Source: Lingula anatina (taxonomy: Eukaryota > Animalia > Brachiopoda). Taken from it: 64,000 nt of DNA. Both the position numbers and the translations under genes were made by a program. The stretch covers positions 25,610,848-25,674,847 of the forward strand of contig CM120643.1 of NCBI GenBank assembly GCA_051362555.1. Direction: 5' to 3'. The notes under the pieces were generated by a model that worked only from the letters and a program-made list of their open reading frames with translations, made no database searches and was not told the origin of the DNA. Shown in pieces: positions 1 through 13,800 of this stretch (position 1 is the stretch's first letter; every line of letters begins with the position of its first letter).

Positions 1-2449
1 GGGTCATTCGGTGCAGTGTGATGTCTGGCATGTAACATACTCCTTGAAATAACACACGCGATAAAAGAAATGGGGACTAATAAATGTGTCACCGTTATCA
101 ATTGATATAGTTATTTATTGATCGTGTTTGAGGGTGTTGGTTGAATGTTATTGTTATAAATTAAAGGATAGGCCATAAATAAACTAATTTTAACATATTT
201 TCCGTGCAAATGAAGTGTCATGGCGCTTACTTGTGTGCCTAGAGTACGTGTGCGTATATGTACGTGCAAATGTACATGCACGCGCGAGTGTGTGCGTGTG
301 TGTGTATGTATTCGTGCAAATGTGCATGTGTGTATGTGTTTGTCTGTTGACGGGCAATTTTGCTTCTGTGTGTTTGTTCATTCAACAATATGTGGGTGTT
401 GGAAGGGAGAGAAATTGAGATGGGATAAATGAAATATTTCCAAACAAGGAGTAGACAAACATTATATGCGTTTTACATTTTCTGATCTCGACTGAGCTGC
501 CCCCTCCTACTTCTCTTTTGTCCTTAAACGTCATTTGCCGTGCAGAACAACTCAACCCAACAACCAACGACCCCTTCTGCCCACTGCCTTCCCCCCCCCC
601 CCCCCCCGCCGCCGCCGCCGCCGTCCTCCCCGTCACCCGTCATGTCTTCAATATGTCTGTAGTTATTTAAGCGTGAAGCAATAAATTCACAGTGATTTAC
701 GTGACAACACTTTGTGTTCTTATGTAATTTTCTCTCTTTTTAGCATATGCTATTATATGCAAGTGCTGGTTATAGAGTGGATGAGACAGACCCCAAAACC
801 AGGGTGCAGGGCAACTGACTTACAGTACATTCGCACTAATGCTTAGATAATTCAACAGGTCCCTTTTTTGCGTTGATGACGTTGTTCAACTCGCTTCATT
901 CTGGGTCTAAGTAAACAGGCAAAAGAAAAATTACCGAAAATGTGAAGAAGTCGGTCCAAATGCCCTCCTTAAGCCAAAGGTAAAATCTGAAGGAATTCAA
1001 TTCTGACTTCAGTGACGTAAAGTGGATTATTAGGCGTGGAGGTGTGTTGGATTTAGATAAACTTTGCACCGATTAAGCTACCTCCTTGACGGTAAAGCAC
1101 GCAGGCGATGATAGATTGCAATGGTTTTAACTCTGTAGGAATTTTATGCAAGAAGAAAAGTTTGTCCACCCTCAACCCCAAAACATCAGTTCTGTGAAGG
1201 GAGACAGTTTCAAGACAACTTATGTGACCAGGAGAGAAAGTGCTATGTATTTGCGCCCTATTACTTCTTTTAAATTTGCACCAATCTCCAAAGATTTACG
1301 CAGTGGTTTCGTAAACGCATTCAGTGTGCATTCAGCGTTTGAGAAGACGGACCGTACAAAAAAATTCTCGTGGCGAGTATTTCTGTCTTCTCTATCACAT
1401 CTAACTTGATCAGGTTGGATAAGGATGATTTTTTCTAAAAAAACTCATAAAAAACTTTTCTAAACTAATTACTTTATATGCCCTAATCATTACAGTATTT
1501 ATACATGTGTGCCTAAGCTAAAAGATAAAGATATTTTGGGTCCTAGTTTATATGTGAAATGAAGGACTTGTTAAGTTTCTCTCTAGTGGAAGGCATCATT
1601 TTTCATAGTTGTTAAAAATTTGTCTGTAATTTCGCTTTTCTTGGAAAAAAAACAGACAGGGAGAAATGATGGTCGGTTAAAAAGGCAGATTGCAAATATC
1701 CTGGGGGAAGGGAACCAATTTCAAAGCACAACCGGTGTTCATGATACGCGTCAAAACGTTCATAATGTACGTTATTAAGGTGTCAAAATTGAATTTGGCT
1801 GTCACCCGTCAAATTGAAATCCTGCCAAAATGCATCGACACCTCTCAAAATGTGAGTCAATTGTGAATCGATTTTTTTTCTTCCTCTCCCCCTTCTCTCG
1901 TTATATCGAAATTCTCCGTTTCTATTCGTATTGCGCAAAATGATTCAAATGTGATGACAATTAATAGAGCATCCGGGGGTCAATGCGAATTGGAGTGTTT
2001 GCAAACAGCATAACAGAGTAACCGCGTGTTTCTGAAAGCACACAGGGTATCACTGCTGGTCGATTAATTACTTTTTAAACATGTTCTTCCCAGGGGATAA
2101 CAAAGTAACGCGTCAATCACGCGGCTTGGCACCTTGCACGTGTATGACAGTCGTAAAGACCTGTTTACACTAAGCCGAAAATCCTGTCCACTCTTGGTTC
2201 GAGCCATGTGACAGAGTTGTCATTTGCACAAATGCCACGGATTTTTTTTTAATAAATCAGATTTTTATTAGTTATTCTTTTTAAATAACCAACAAGAAAC
2301 CTGTGCATTTTTTAAAGTTTAATGATATTGTCAATGACGTCAAAGTTAAGAGGAGAGAGTATACGTTTTGGAGCGAGCGAAAAAAGCAACAACGAACTTT
2401 TAAATTGCATTACTTATCTACCGTATAATATTAACCAGCGCACCACTCA

Positions 2450-2453
<4 letters not shown>

Positions 2454-2496
<43 letters not shown>
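2454..2496. repeat. (CT)n microsatellite
   Basis: Direct inspection. Confidence 0.9.
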
Positions 2497-2499
<3 letters not shown>

Positions 2500-3900
2500 T
2501 ATACCTACCTGTATACATAAATATGACACAGCATATTATCATGTTGTAGCAGAGGTTAGAGGAACGGGCGACAAAATTAGATGTCTGACAATATTGTTTT
2601 CCGTTGTTAAATGGGCTTTATGGCGTAATGAGCACCAAGAGAGGTAACCTAACTTAAAGGCGAATGAAAGGAACAGATCTACCTATTAAGTTTCTTTAAG
2701 AGGCGCCCTCTACACGCAATGTGTGCCACCGGTTCTTTATATTGGACGTTAAAAAAAAGAAATATATATGTATGACGTCATTCCACTGGCTTCTTCAAAA
2801 CTGATGCACATTTTGCTTAAGATTTTTGGGAGATTAAAAAGGGGTAACTTAAAATAATATGTTTGTATTGATGACGGCATCACACTTGCTCTGTACACCT
2901 TGGGCCAAAATTGACGCAGCCCTAATTTCTTGTGGCCTAAACCTCACCCTCATCAGACGCCCGGGGAACACGGGGTCGATTTTTTGGCAGTAATTGTTCG
3001 GAACCATGCTACACCAGGTTGTAGGGGGGAAAAACACCACTTATCCATAGAATTATCCCGTGAACTCATCTTCGTGGTCACATTAAGACCATTAGTTGTA
3101 ATGTTAGGTGAAATCTGTGTCAAAATGAATGACAAAATTACATACGCGTACGTTATTTTCGTCGGGCCTCGGGGTATGGAGCATTTTATAAAACATCAAT
3201 ATCACTCATCAAGATCAGCGACAAAATAATACGACAGAATCCCCATCTATTCAATCTGCCAAAGAAAACAACAGGACCTACCCATCAAATTTGTGAAAAC
3301 ACGGGAAATTTTACTGTCCATTCAATCTGCCAGGGATGTGGTGACAGGGATGTCTCCCTCCTTTCTCAAACCAGGTTTGTGTTTTTAGACATTACTAATG
3401 GAAGCCTTAAAGGCATACAGGTGCTGCTGAGGTGTCGTCTGATTATTTTATTAGTCAGCTCAATTATCTCAATGAAATAAAGGACGAATAGGCCTATTTT
3501 GTTCCAAAAACAGCGATTTTCTAGTTGATAATTAGCGTTATGTGACTTGAGTCCTCGTTCAGAACAAATGAGAGCAATAGATTTAAAAAACAAACTCAAA
3601 ACGTTTATGTTTTGAATAAAAGGATAGGGTGAAAGTATCAGCGGACACTGACAGGAACGTAAAAAAGATCTAGAAAACAAGATGTAAGTATTCGTTTTGT
3701 GGATACTAGGGATCCAGGATGTTCCTGGGGGGCGGGGGGGGGGGCATTTCTCGGCAAATAGCCCGGCAATGAACGAGATCAATTTAGCTATAAGAAGGAC
3801 ATAATTTCTTGATTGTTATACTATTTTTGGGAAGAAGAAAGGGGGGTGGGGAAGATACCTCCGAACTTTTTTTATTTGTCCAAGTTTCGAGGCTATAAGT

Positions 3901-3982
3901 GGGCGGGGGGGGGGGGGGGGGGGGGGGGGGGGAGAGGACATGACACACATGCCCCCCCAACCCCCACCCCCACCGACACACA

Positions 3983-4017
<35 letters not shown>
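3901..4017. repeat. Poly-G run and (CA)n microsatellite
   Basis: Direct inspection. Confidence 0.85.
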
Positions 4018-4020
<3 letters not shown>

Positions 4021-4800
4021 GCTAACGGTATTAAAATATTTCGGCTTGTGTTTGATCATTTTCACTTATGATCCAACTACCAAGCTAATGAATATTTTTG
4101 CTCAACTTAAAATAGAATTTGAATGTTTTTTATATGTTGGAGTGGCTAAAAGAATAAACAAGTTGATCAATTAGTTCATGTCAAACAAATAAGCCCAGTA
4201 ATGATATTTGATATCACACGCAAAAAAATCACTACAGCTGGAAGGGAGACGATTGCGGTGTAAGAATCGCGTCACATCTAACGCATTAATCCAACTCTTC
4301 AATGTTTGGAGGTTCCACATGTGGAGCTTAGGGAGGGCGATAGACCACAGCTTACCTTCTTTTCTCTTCTCATTTCGATCATACAGCACAGCAAATCGTT
4401 TGAAATACAGGTATATCAGACAATGTAACAGTGAATTCATTCAGCACTTAAAAACCTTATGGAGTTGGCTAATTCTCAGCATAAACACTAGTTGTCAGTA
4501 CGGCCCCGCCAGTACCTTTTACTACTACTATGTACATGAACATGTACTAGTGATCAAGTTAGATCTTTAACTAAGCCAGTTCTACTGTAGTTACACGATA
4601 GGCCACACTTGATTTAGTTTTTAGCTGATCATGTCAGCTTTATTTGACTTCTAGATTTAAGCAAATAGCACACGATTACTCTTTTCATTTGCAAAAACTA
4701 TATTTATGAATGGCTATTAAAATACATGTAATACTCCATTTTCATTTCATTTGATTACAACTATCCATGTTCTGATATATATTTTAGGTACAGCACAGCA

Positions 4801-7800
4801 ATGGCATCTAAATGTTATTTGGTCTGCAAACAGAGCTCACATGAACCAGTACCCCTGCCAGACAAAGTCCCAGTCAGTATTGGAAGGGGTCCTGTGATGA
4901 AGATTAAAGACAGCAAGTGCTCTCGTAACCAGCGTAAGGGAGAATTCTTAATAATAATTATATGTATTTATTTGCAACTTAAAAAGTTGGATTTTACAAT
5001 AAAAACAAATAGTGGTGAGATGCACAATCTTAAAATATACTTGTAAGTGTTCTCTCCACCACTGTTTATTTTCATTCACAAAGTCAGTACCTTATTAAAA
5101 GGCATGCACAATATACAGTACATAAAGTAGTGCACAATCACAGCCACATGCATATACTACAGTAGTACTAGTATGTGTGTGTGTGTTTGCATTCACACAC
5201 ATTACAGTTTTAAGTAATATATAGTAGGAATTGATTGCAGGATTAAGGATTACATGTACTGTACCGGTAGGTTAGGAAAATAGACTAGTAAGTATCTTCA
5301 GGACGAAAGCAAAATTTTTGATATGTGTATAGAAACTATTTATAAATCTGTATTTTTTAGAAATAAGTCATAGACTCACAAGCTACAAATGTACACAGTA
5401 TACGTACTTGCATATATACATTATTTTACAGTTGTGTTAACAGCAGATCACAGTAAATCTGTGGTGAAAGTAAAGCAGATAGGCCCCAACCCATCATCCC
5501 TAGGAGAAAATGAAGACATCTTAGCCAAGAATGATGAAGCAGTCATAGGTGATGGGGATATTTTACATGTTATCAAAGGAAAATTTCCACATTTCATCAA
5601 ATTCGAAGGAGGGGACTCTACAAGGAGTGGGCTGAATAAGCAAGAAAATGCTAAGATTGAAAAACAAACAAACAAGAAAAGTAAAAGTATTGCAGACTAT
5701 TTTTCAAAGGACAAATCTGATGGCTCAAATGTTACCAGAAAAAGAAAGCTTGATGAGGGTGGTTCTTATGAGGGCTGTAAACGACTAAAATCTGATGATT
5801 CGGAAACTGTTTCCACAAAAGACATTGAAAATGTTACTTCTCATAATGACCTAAGTGATGAGGATGATGAAGAAGAAAAAGAAATCCAAAAGAAACTTCA
5901 AATGATGAAGGAAACGTTTCAGAAAATGAGCTCACCAGATACTTCTGCCAGTTTAAATTCGGGTCCAGTTCCATCAGGTTATGGTAGTCATGACAACCAG
6001 AAACAGGGAAAAGCAACATCTGAGGCGAGATGGGAAAGTAAAGAGAAGTTGATGATCTACACAGGCAAAGGGGTCCGATCCAGGTCTAAGGTACAGTGTA
6101 CATTTAACCCTCCAGGTACTGCTGGGGTCTTTACCTAATTGTAGAGGAAAACTGATAAACTAAATTTTTTTTCCAAAGTAGTTCTGCACTCTATCTTAAA
6201 GGTTTAAGGAATGAAATTCAATGCAAAAATAATTCATAAAAGAGATTTTGATTGCACATTTGAAACTTTTCACCTTCACTTCATTCATTCATTCAATCCA
6301 AAAGACTTCTCCAGGTTAAGTTTTCAATCTTAGTGCTTAGTACAAGCAAAATATGAAGCCATCTTGGTCATTTTAAACCTGCAGTCATTATCTCTAATGA
6401 TCTACCTATTAGATCTACGTATGTTTTTTACAATTTATGGTGTTAAGATGCTTTAAGCTTGGATCAATAAAAGTTTTATTTGACAATGTCCAAGTATGGT
6501 ATATTTAAGTCATTAGATGGTTATCAATCACAATACACTTAGCTGTCACTCAAAGGACTTTCTCCTATGCCTCTTCATCTATAACCTGCAAAAAAAACAT
6601 ATTTAAACAAACACCTATGATTGTAATTAGGAAATTTCATGGAAATGTAGTACATATTGAAGACATTTGTTTTTCAGATTGCTGGGTTTGATCTAGATGG
6701 AACTATCATAACAACAAATTCTGGCAGAGTTTTCCCCATCAATATTGGTGACTGGAAGTAAGGAGCATTTCTGTTCTGCTTTATTTTATTTCATTCATTT
6801 AATGTTTAATTGTATTCAGTACTCATTAATGTTTTTCCACTATCTGAGTTTTCTAATCAAAGTGCCATTAGATGTGAAAAATGGCTTAATATCTCTTGAC
6901 TTTAAATATCTTTGTAAGAGTCTGTTTACAATTTCTGTCTTTCTGGAATTTTTAGTTTATTGTCTGTGTATTTGCAAACCTTACTGTCTAGTTATGACAG
7001 ACAGCAGTCTGCCTAGAAATACTGGAAATCTTTAATTTTACCCAAATGAAATGACTTTTGTTTTCTAGGATACTCTATCCAGAAGTCCCTGGGAAGTTAA
7101 AGAAGTTGCTGGCTGATGGATTCAAAGTGGTCTTCTTTACCAACCAGTCAGGGATAAGCAAAGGAAAGATGACAGAACAGGAGTTTCAGAGAAAAGTGGA
7201 AAATATAACCAGTAAACTGAATATCCCAGTACAGGTATTGTTTCTGATTGTGGTTATATTTTCTTAAAATCCCCATATGAAGAAATTTAATATTTTTCAT
7301 TTATTCACCGTCATGAATTATTTGTAGCCATTTCTTGATGAAAAATGTATATTGATATAATATGATATAATATGTCCAATTTGTAAGTGATATATGTTAG
7401 GGAATTCACATGTGAAAGTATTACATTTAGCTATTACAGTTAAATTCCTAAATTATTATTTATTTTATTATTTTTTAGGGGGGTGGATAAATTAGTTTAC
7501 CAGTGTTGAAAAAAGATGTCCTGGTGTGTGTCTTCTTTTTCTTTAAAATATAAGATGAAATTATATTAAGTATTGCAAAGTAGTATGACATTCAAATAAG
7601 GTTGTAAAAATGGTTTTTGAGATTGATAAAAGTTATTTGTTTATAGGTGTTTGTGTCAACAGGCTCAGGGTTGTATAGAAAACCAAGCTTGGGTGTGTGG
7701 AATGTTCTACTTGATGAGGTAGGTGGTTGGTTCATGGTGAAATACACAGTAGATCTGGGCACACACTTTGGTATTGCTTCAATTTTTTTTTTGTTTTTGT

Positions 7801-10800
7801 TTTTTTTTAAGATATAATGAAGGATATATTATGGAAAAAACTTATACATTCAATTTTATATGGCCAAGTATTATTATTTTTTCTTTTGAATTTGACAAAT
7901 TTTATAGTAAAGCATGATATTAACATTACTCAATGAAATATTAACAAATTAACAAAAAAAATGTAGGTTATCTTCCATCATTAGTCTTTAATATTTAATT
8001 TCAGAAAAATGATAACATTGAAGTGGATCTCAAGCAGTCATTTTATGTTGGAGGTAAGGCAACATTTTCATTTCCACAGTAACATTTCACTCATATCTAA
8101 CATCTAAATACACATGAGTGTGATGGCCAGTACTTTACAATATTATACCCTATTGAATTATCTATTCCAGATGCAGCAGGCAGACCAGAAAACAAAGATA
8201 AAAAGAAGAAAAAAGATTTTTCATGTGGCGACAGACTAGTATGTATGACTAAAACTATCAATTTTTCATTAATTTGTTGAAAATAGATTAAAAACTTGTG
8301 GCATGATTTCTATATAAGTTGAATAGAAGAGCTTTCTTTGATTTTTTTTGTACAAATCAGCATTTGACTAACATATTTCTTCTTCTTCAGTTTGCCTTGA
8401 ACATTGGCATCAAGTTTTATACACCAGAAGAGTATTTCTTGGGACATAAACCAGCTCCTTTTAACATGCCAGAATTTGATCCAGTAAGTCAGATATTATT
8501 AAATAATTTTGCTTTCTTGTTTTAAAAAATTTTTAATTCCTATTTAATACTGTCAGTAGTGCAAAGTTGTATGATTGATTCAGTAAATTTTTTTCAACAA
8601 TTCAATAAAAATAAAACACATTTAAATGTGTTTTCTAAATATGAGTTTTCATAATTAAACTTGTAAGATGCAGAAAAAATGCTTGTGATATTTTTGCTTC
8701 TTTATCCATTCATGAGTTTTCCTTTTCATTTATTTACTGTTTTTATTCGATTATTTTTTCAGAGAGATCTAAAATCTGATGTGACACTTCTCACTCCATC
8801 CACTACTAACATAACATCAGATAAACAAGAGGTAAGTTAAGCATTTAACTGTTCTTACTATTTAGTTTTTTAGCAACTGTCACAAAATGTTTCTGCCTTT
8901 TGTTTGATTAAACATGATTAATTACCCAAGTTAATTACATCTTTCTTTGTATATTAATTCCCATGTTTAGTTTGTATTTGCTGATTATTAGCAGGTAAAG
9001 AAGCAGGGTCTACCTGAATCATTATGTCAGGAATTACTTAATCAAACAATTAGCTATTGTGTCTGTAGTGATATATAATCTCAGTTGAATGTGTTTCCAA
9101 GTCTTGCTATGTGACAGTTTTGGTAACTTCTGTGGATCCATAATTTTTTAAAGATTTTTTTTCCAAAGAAAGGAAATTTTAAAGGAGGGTGGAAAGTAAT
9201 TCTCTAAGATAATTACTTAATTAATTAATACAAACCAGGTATAGACAATAGAGGTAATTGGTTTGTCAGACTCAAGGAGGTTTGCATGACTAAATGTCAT
9301 CAATTTATTGCAAAAGAGACATTGATGTATAGCTGCATATGCACAGCCCACTAAGGTAGTGTCACAAATATTTTTGATGTTAAAGATACTGCAAGCAATT
9401 CTTTTTTTATGTATTCGTTTATAAATGGTTTTTTAAATTAAAGTAAAAAAAATACTGAAATGCTATGTTTCTATGCACTGCAAGCAAAGCCATCGTTTCC
9501 AAATTTGCCTGTTGTCTTTGAGAGAGGAAAAAATATGACGAGAAATGAATGACGAAATGAGTCTAAAAAATGGAAGAAGTGCATAAAAGAGAAGGGCTCG
9601 TCCGGGAGTTGAACCCGGGACCTCTCGCACCCTAAGCGAGAATCATACCCCTAGACCAACGAGCCAACTTGAAAGAAAGTGGAAAAACAAATGATCCTGC
9701 CTACTCATTAATAAGAAAAAGAAAAAAAAAGTTTTGAGATAGATCTGTATTTTTGACATATTTGCCTTTTATGTAAATATTGATCTGGTAAATCGTAGAA
9801 TCTGGGAATAAAACTGGTGTCATTTTCTAGAAAGGCCATGAAAAGGTTAATGACAGATTAATTGATTAAAAATTATTTCAGGTAATTTTTAAATTTGAAT
9901 TTATCAAGAAATGGGACAAACATTTTTAAAGCATTTTTCCTTTCATATGTAAGCCTTAATTACAGACCTTAGCCCCTAATCCTTTATTATCTTATCATAC
10001 TACCATGACAGTCATTGGCATATTTATGGTTTTAACATTTATTTTTGGCATCAAGGCAGGTACATGTGTGCCTGTTGTACTGTAAAATAAAACAATACAA
10101 TCAAACTGTTGGAGCAAATTGTACATTATATTTTGCTCTGCTATTCACATATTTCAATGTTGACTTTTTAATGGTAACCCTCTCCCTCCCGTCTCCCCTT
10201 TCTAAATTAAAATAAATATACAGAATAAAAAAAAGCAGAAGTGCAAATACAACATGAATATTTTACCTTGCTGGATAGAGATTCTTTATGAACCTCTGCA
10301 AATTTTTTGCTGAGAGGTGTCCTAATATTTGGTCTGTAATTTGAAACAATATATGGAGAAAAAGCAGAGCTCTTAAATACGCAGGTTTTTGAGGACGACC
10401 TTTAAATGGCCCAGCATGAGCAGCTAGCTCATGTCCTCTTTTCAACTTATTACTTCAATGAGGATATGAGGAAAGCTATGAAAATATGTATAAAGCTGAT
10501 GATTAGCAACAAAGTACAATACTTTTGTCTGTGTAATACCTTTACAAGTTAAATGTTCATTGGGGACTTCAGCACGTGTTTGTTTATTGATTTCTATCAG
10601 CTGATTGCCTCAGGTAGTGGTAATGCAGGAAGTACGTGGCATAGCTTGGTCTAATTTTTGAGGGGAGCACAGAGAGACTTTTTACATTATTTCCAAAAAA
10701 AGATGACAGTTTCACCAGACATATCTTAAATAATTTTATGCAGAAAGGACATCATATGAGTAACTTTCTGAGATACTTTGCCTACTAATACTACTACTTC

Positions 10801-13800
10801 TAATGCTTTGAAAGTTTTTTTTTTAATGGCTTGTCAAAATTATCTTTTGTCTCTCCCCTAGAAGTGAGATACACGTTCTTATACTTGATAGACATTTCAA
10901 AGACCGACTATGGCAGCAAATTGTACTTCAGTAAAGTGTAAAACGATAAATTATACGGAAATAGATACAGTGCATTAGAATATTTGCTTTATTATGTATC
11001 TTTGATCTTGGACTAAAATTTCGTCCACGCAGTATCAACTGGCTCGTTGGTCTAGGGGTATGATTCTCGCTTTGGGTGCGAGAGGTCCCGGGTTCAAATC
11101 CCGGACGAGCCCAGTAATCTTTTTGTAATTGTTGCAATAAAAACTGCAGTAGTATTGTTATACGTTTGTTTTCTAGGTGATACTTATGGTTGGGGTGCCA
11201 GCATGTAAGTGGCCAAATGTTCAGGCTTGTATTCATTCTCGCTTTCTTTTCTAAGAAACAACATTTTGACATTTCACTTATGAAGTGTATATGTGAAAAA
11301 ATAAAACACATTTTGAAATTCAAGCAAGTTTAAAATATTAAGATTGCCTAATGCTGAGAATTTGTTTGACTAAAAGGAAATAAAAAAATGGATTCATTTT
11401 ACTCTATTTTTCCCAAAAGAAATTTCTGGTAAGAGATCAGACCTCAGTCTTTGAGTATTATAGTATATGGAGCAGCTTCTCTAGTATATACATGAATGAG
11501 ACATCACAACTTCCTTGCCAGTGTTATCCTGTCTAAGCTTTCACTTGGAACAATTAATCCATACATTGAACACTAGCATCTTAGTTAATTTTTTTTGAAG
11601 AGATTTAATTAATTAATATGATTTTTAAAATTTTTAAATTCAAAACAAGTTAAATTTTGGTATTTGTTTTTCAGGTGGAAAATCAACATTTGTGAAGCAG
11701 TATCTGGTGCCGGAAGACTATATCCATGTAAACAGAGTACGTAAAAAATAGAAAAATATGCAAAAGTTGTTTATGTGATATATGACACCTTTTTTTATTC
11801 ATTAATATAAAATTTCAGACCTTTTTTATAAACCTTTTAATTTTTAATTGAACAAGGCAGCAAATACTCACAGTTAAATAGATTACAAATATCATCTAAA
11901 AAAAAAAAAAAAAAAAAAAAAAACAGCCATAAAATGTTTTTATAGGTAGGTCTGCACTTGTGAATATACAAATTGTTTAAAAACCACAAAGTATTTGATT
12001 TTGCTCCCCCTCAAAGTTAACAGCCCTAAGCCTGACGGTCTACTTTAAAAGTTTACACTGAGTACAGGAGTACAGCTAGTTTTACACAACAGGTAAAAAG
12101 GTGCTTTCTCTCAAGAGGAAGTACAGGGGGTACATGTATCAAACATTTTTACACATGAAAGATTCAAAGAAAGGACATGTCTAGAACCTGTCCACTGTTA
12201 ATAACATGTGTGATCCAGTGATCCCAAAATTGCTCTCACCAAATTCATGATCATTTAAATGTTGATTGAATTACCTCATGCAGTGGTGTTTGCCTGAAGC
12301 AGTGCTAACTGAATATACGTAGAGTATTTATTGCACAGATCATGCATTGGTCTTTGACCGGTTCGCACTACTTATTGCTGTGTGAACAGAGCTAAACACT
12401 GGCTCACTATGGGGAAGGTAAGCTACTTCCAGATCACTGAAAAATGAATTGCGGCATTGGCAAAGTATTCAAGTAAAGCAGATGTTGGAGCAAGAGTCAG
12501 TGGATATCACACATGCGTCCATGTTATATTCACCTAGGCATGTGATGACACACACGTGTGTGAAAAATATTTTTTGTCAACATCAGGAGGTCACTTTTAC
12601 TCCTGTAGCCATGTAATATTAATGGAAATATTGATATTAAAAATGATTTGAAAAACTAAATTGCTATCATATCTTAACAAATAACATGAAAAGGCCTTTA
12701 AATACTTTTTTCTCTTTATTTTTTAGAGAGATTGAAAGAATCTTAACTGTTACTTAAGTATTATATTAAAAAAAAAGAAAAGAATTCATGAGAGCAACTT
12801 CATCTTCTTTTGAATAGGATTTAGTTTCCAGCTACAACAGGTGTGTCTGATATGGGAGTTTCCTTCTACTATGAAGCATAGCGACGTAACAGACCTGCGT
12901 TAAACCCATTGTTCTGTTTCAGTGTAATAAAAAAGTAATTTTACAAATTAACATGTTTTCAGCCATTTTTTACTGAATTTTTAGGACACCCTGGGCACGT
13001 GGCAGAAATGTGTGCAGGTTTGTGAGAAGTCACTGAAGGAAGGAAAGAGCGTAGCAGTGGACAACACAAACCCAGACAAGGAAACACGTAAGAGGTCAGA
13101 CACTGTCTACATCAGTTTGAAGTTAAAGTACATTTTTGTTACAGATATGGCTGCTAGATGTATGATATGCTGGGTAGATATGTGGTAATTTAGAACATGC
13201 TTTACACCATTAACACATGTTTTTAGATTACCTTCCAAAGTTGTGAATACTTTTAAGCATATTAAAAACTTTAAAAATGTGATGTATTGGTTCTCGTGTT
13301 TAGTAGGCAGAATAAGGCTAAAAAATCACTGGTTAATCTTGTATTCATTTATCTGTCTTTTTTTGTGAATCTGTCCATCTGTCTGTCTGTCAGTCTGCCT
13401 GTCAGTCTGTCTACCTACCTATTTATCTGTGGTAACCATATTCAGAACTGAAACAGTTTAAGTTTAGACTGGTATGAACTGGGACATTTACATGAATTAT
13501 CATTTAATTCTGATTTACTAGCAAGCATTAGTTTTGAACAACTGATAGAACCCCACCTACACTTGACCTATTTCTCCACAATAATCTGATGTAGCATTTA
13601 ACACATTTACTCCAAGGTGTTCTATAAGTGATTTTCACACCAAATCTCATTTTCTGTACGACAAAGGCAATTTTTTTATACTCGTGAATCATTGCCCATC
13701 TGGTTTCTGTACAAAGATCTCGTTTTGTACCATTTCTAATTAAATAATGTAGTTGAAAATAAATCATTATTAATTTAGACCACACTCTCACGATATAAAG

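Noticed and set aside
161-3420. Possible TTAA-flanked Kolobok-like element ends
   Set aside because: I could not pair matching termini with confidence.
190-4570. ORFs in the first 4.6 kb (Cys/Val/His/Thr/Pro/Gly-rich)
   Set aside because: They are translations of (GT)n/(CA)n, poly-C/G and (CT)n repeats or of TE debris; no domain or splice support.
10928-11323. 131-aa minus-strand ORF containing [24 protein letters not shown]
   Set aside because: It is the antisense translation of the tRNA-Pro gene.
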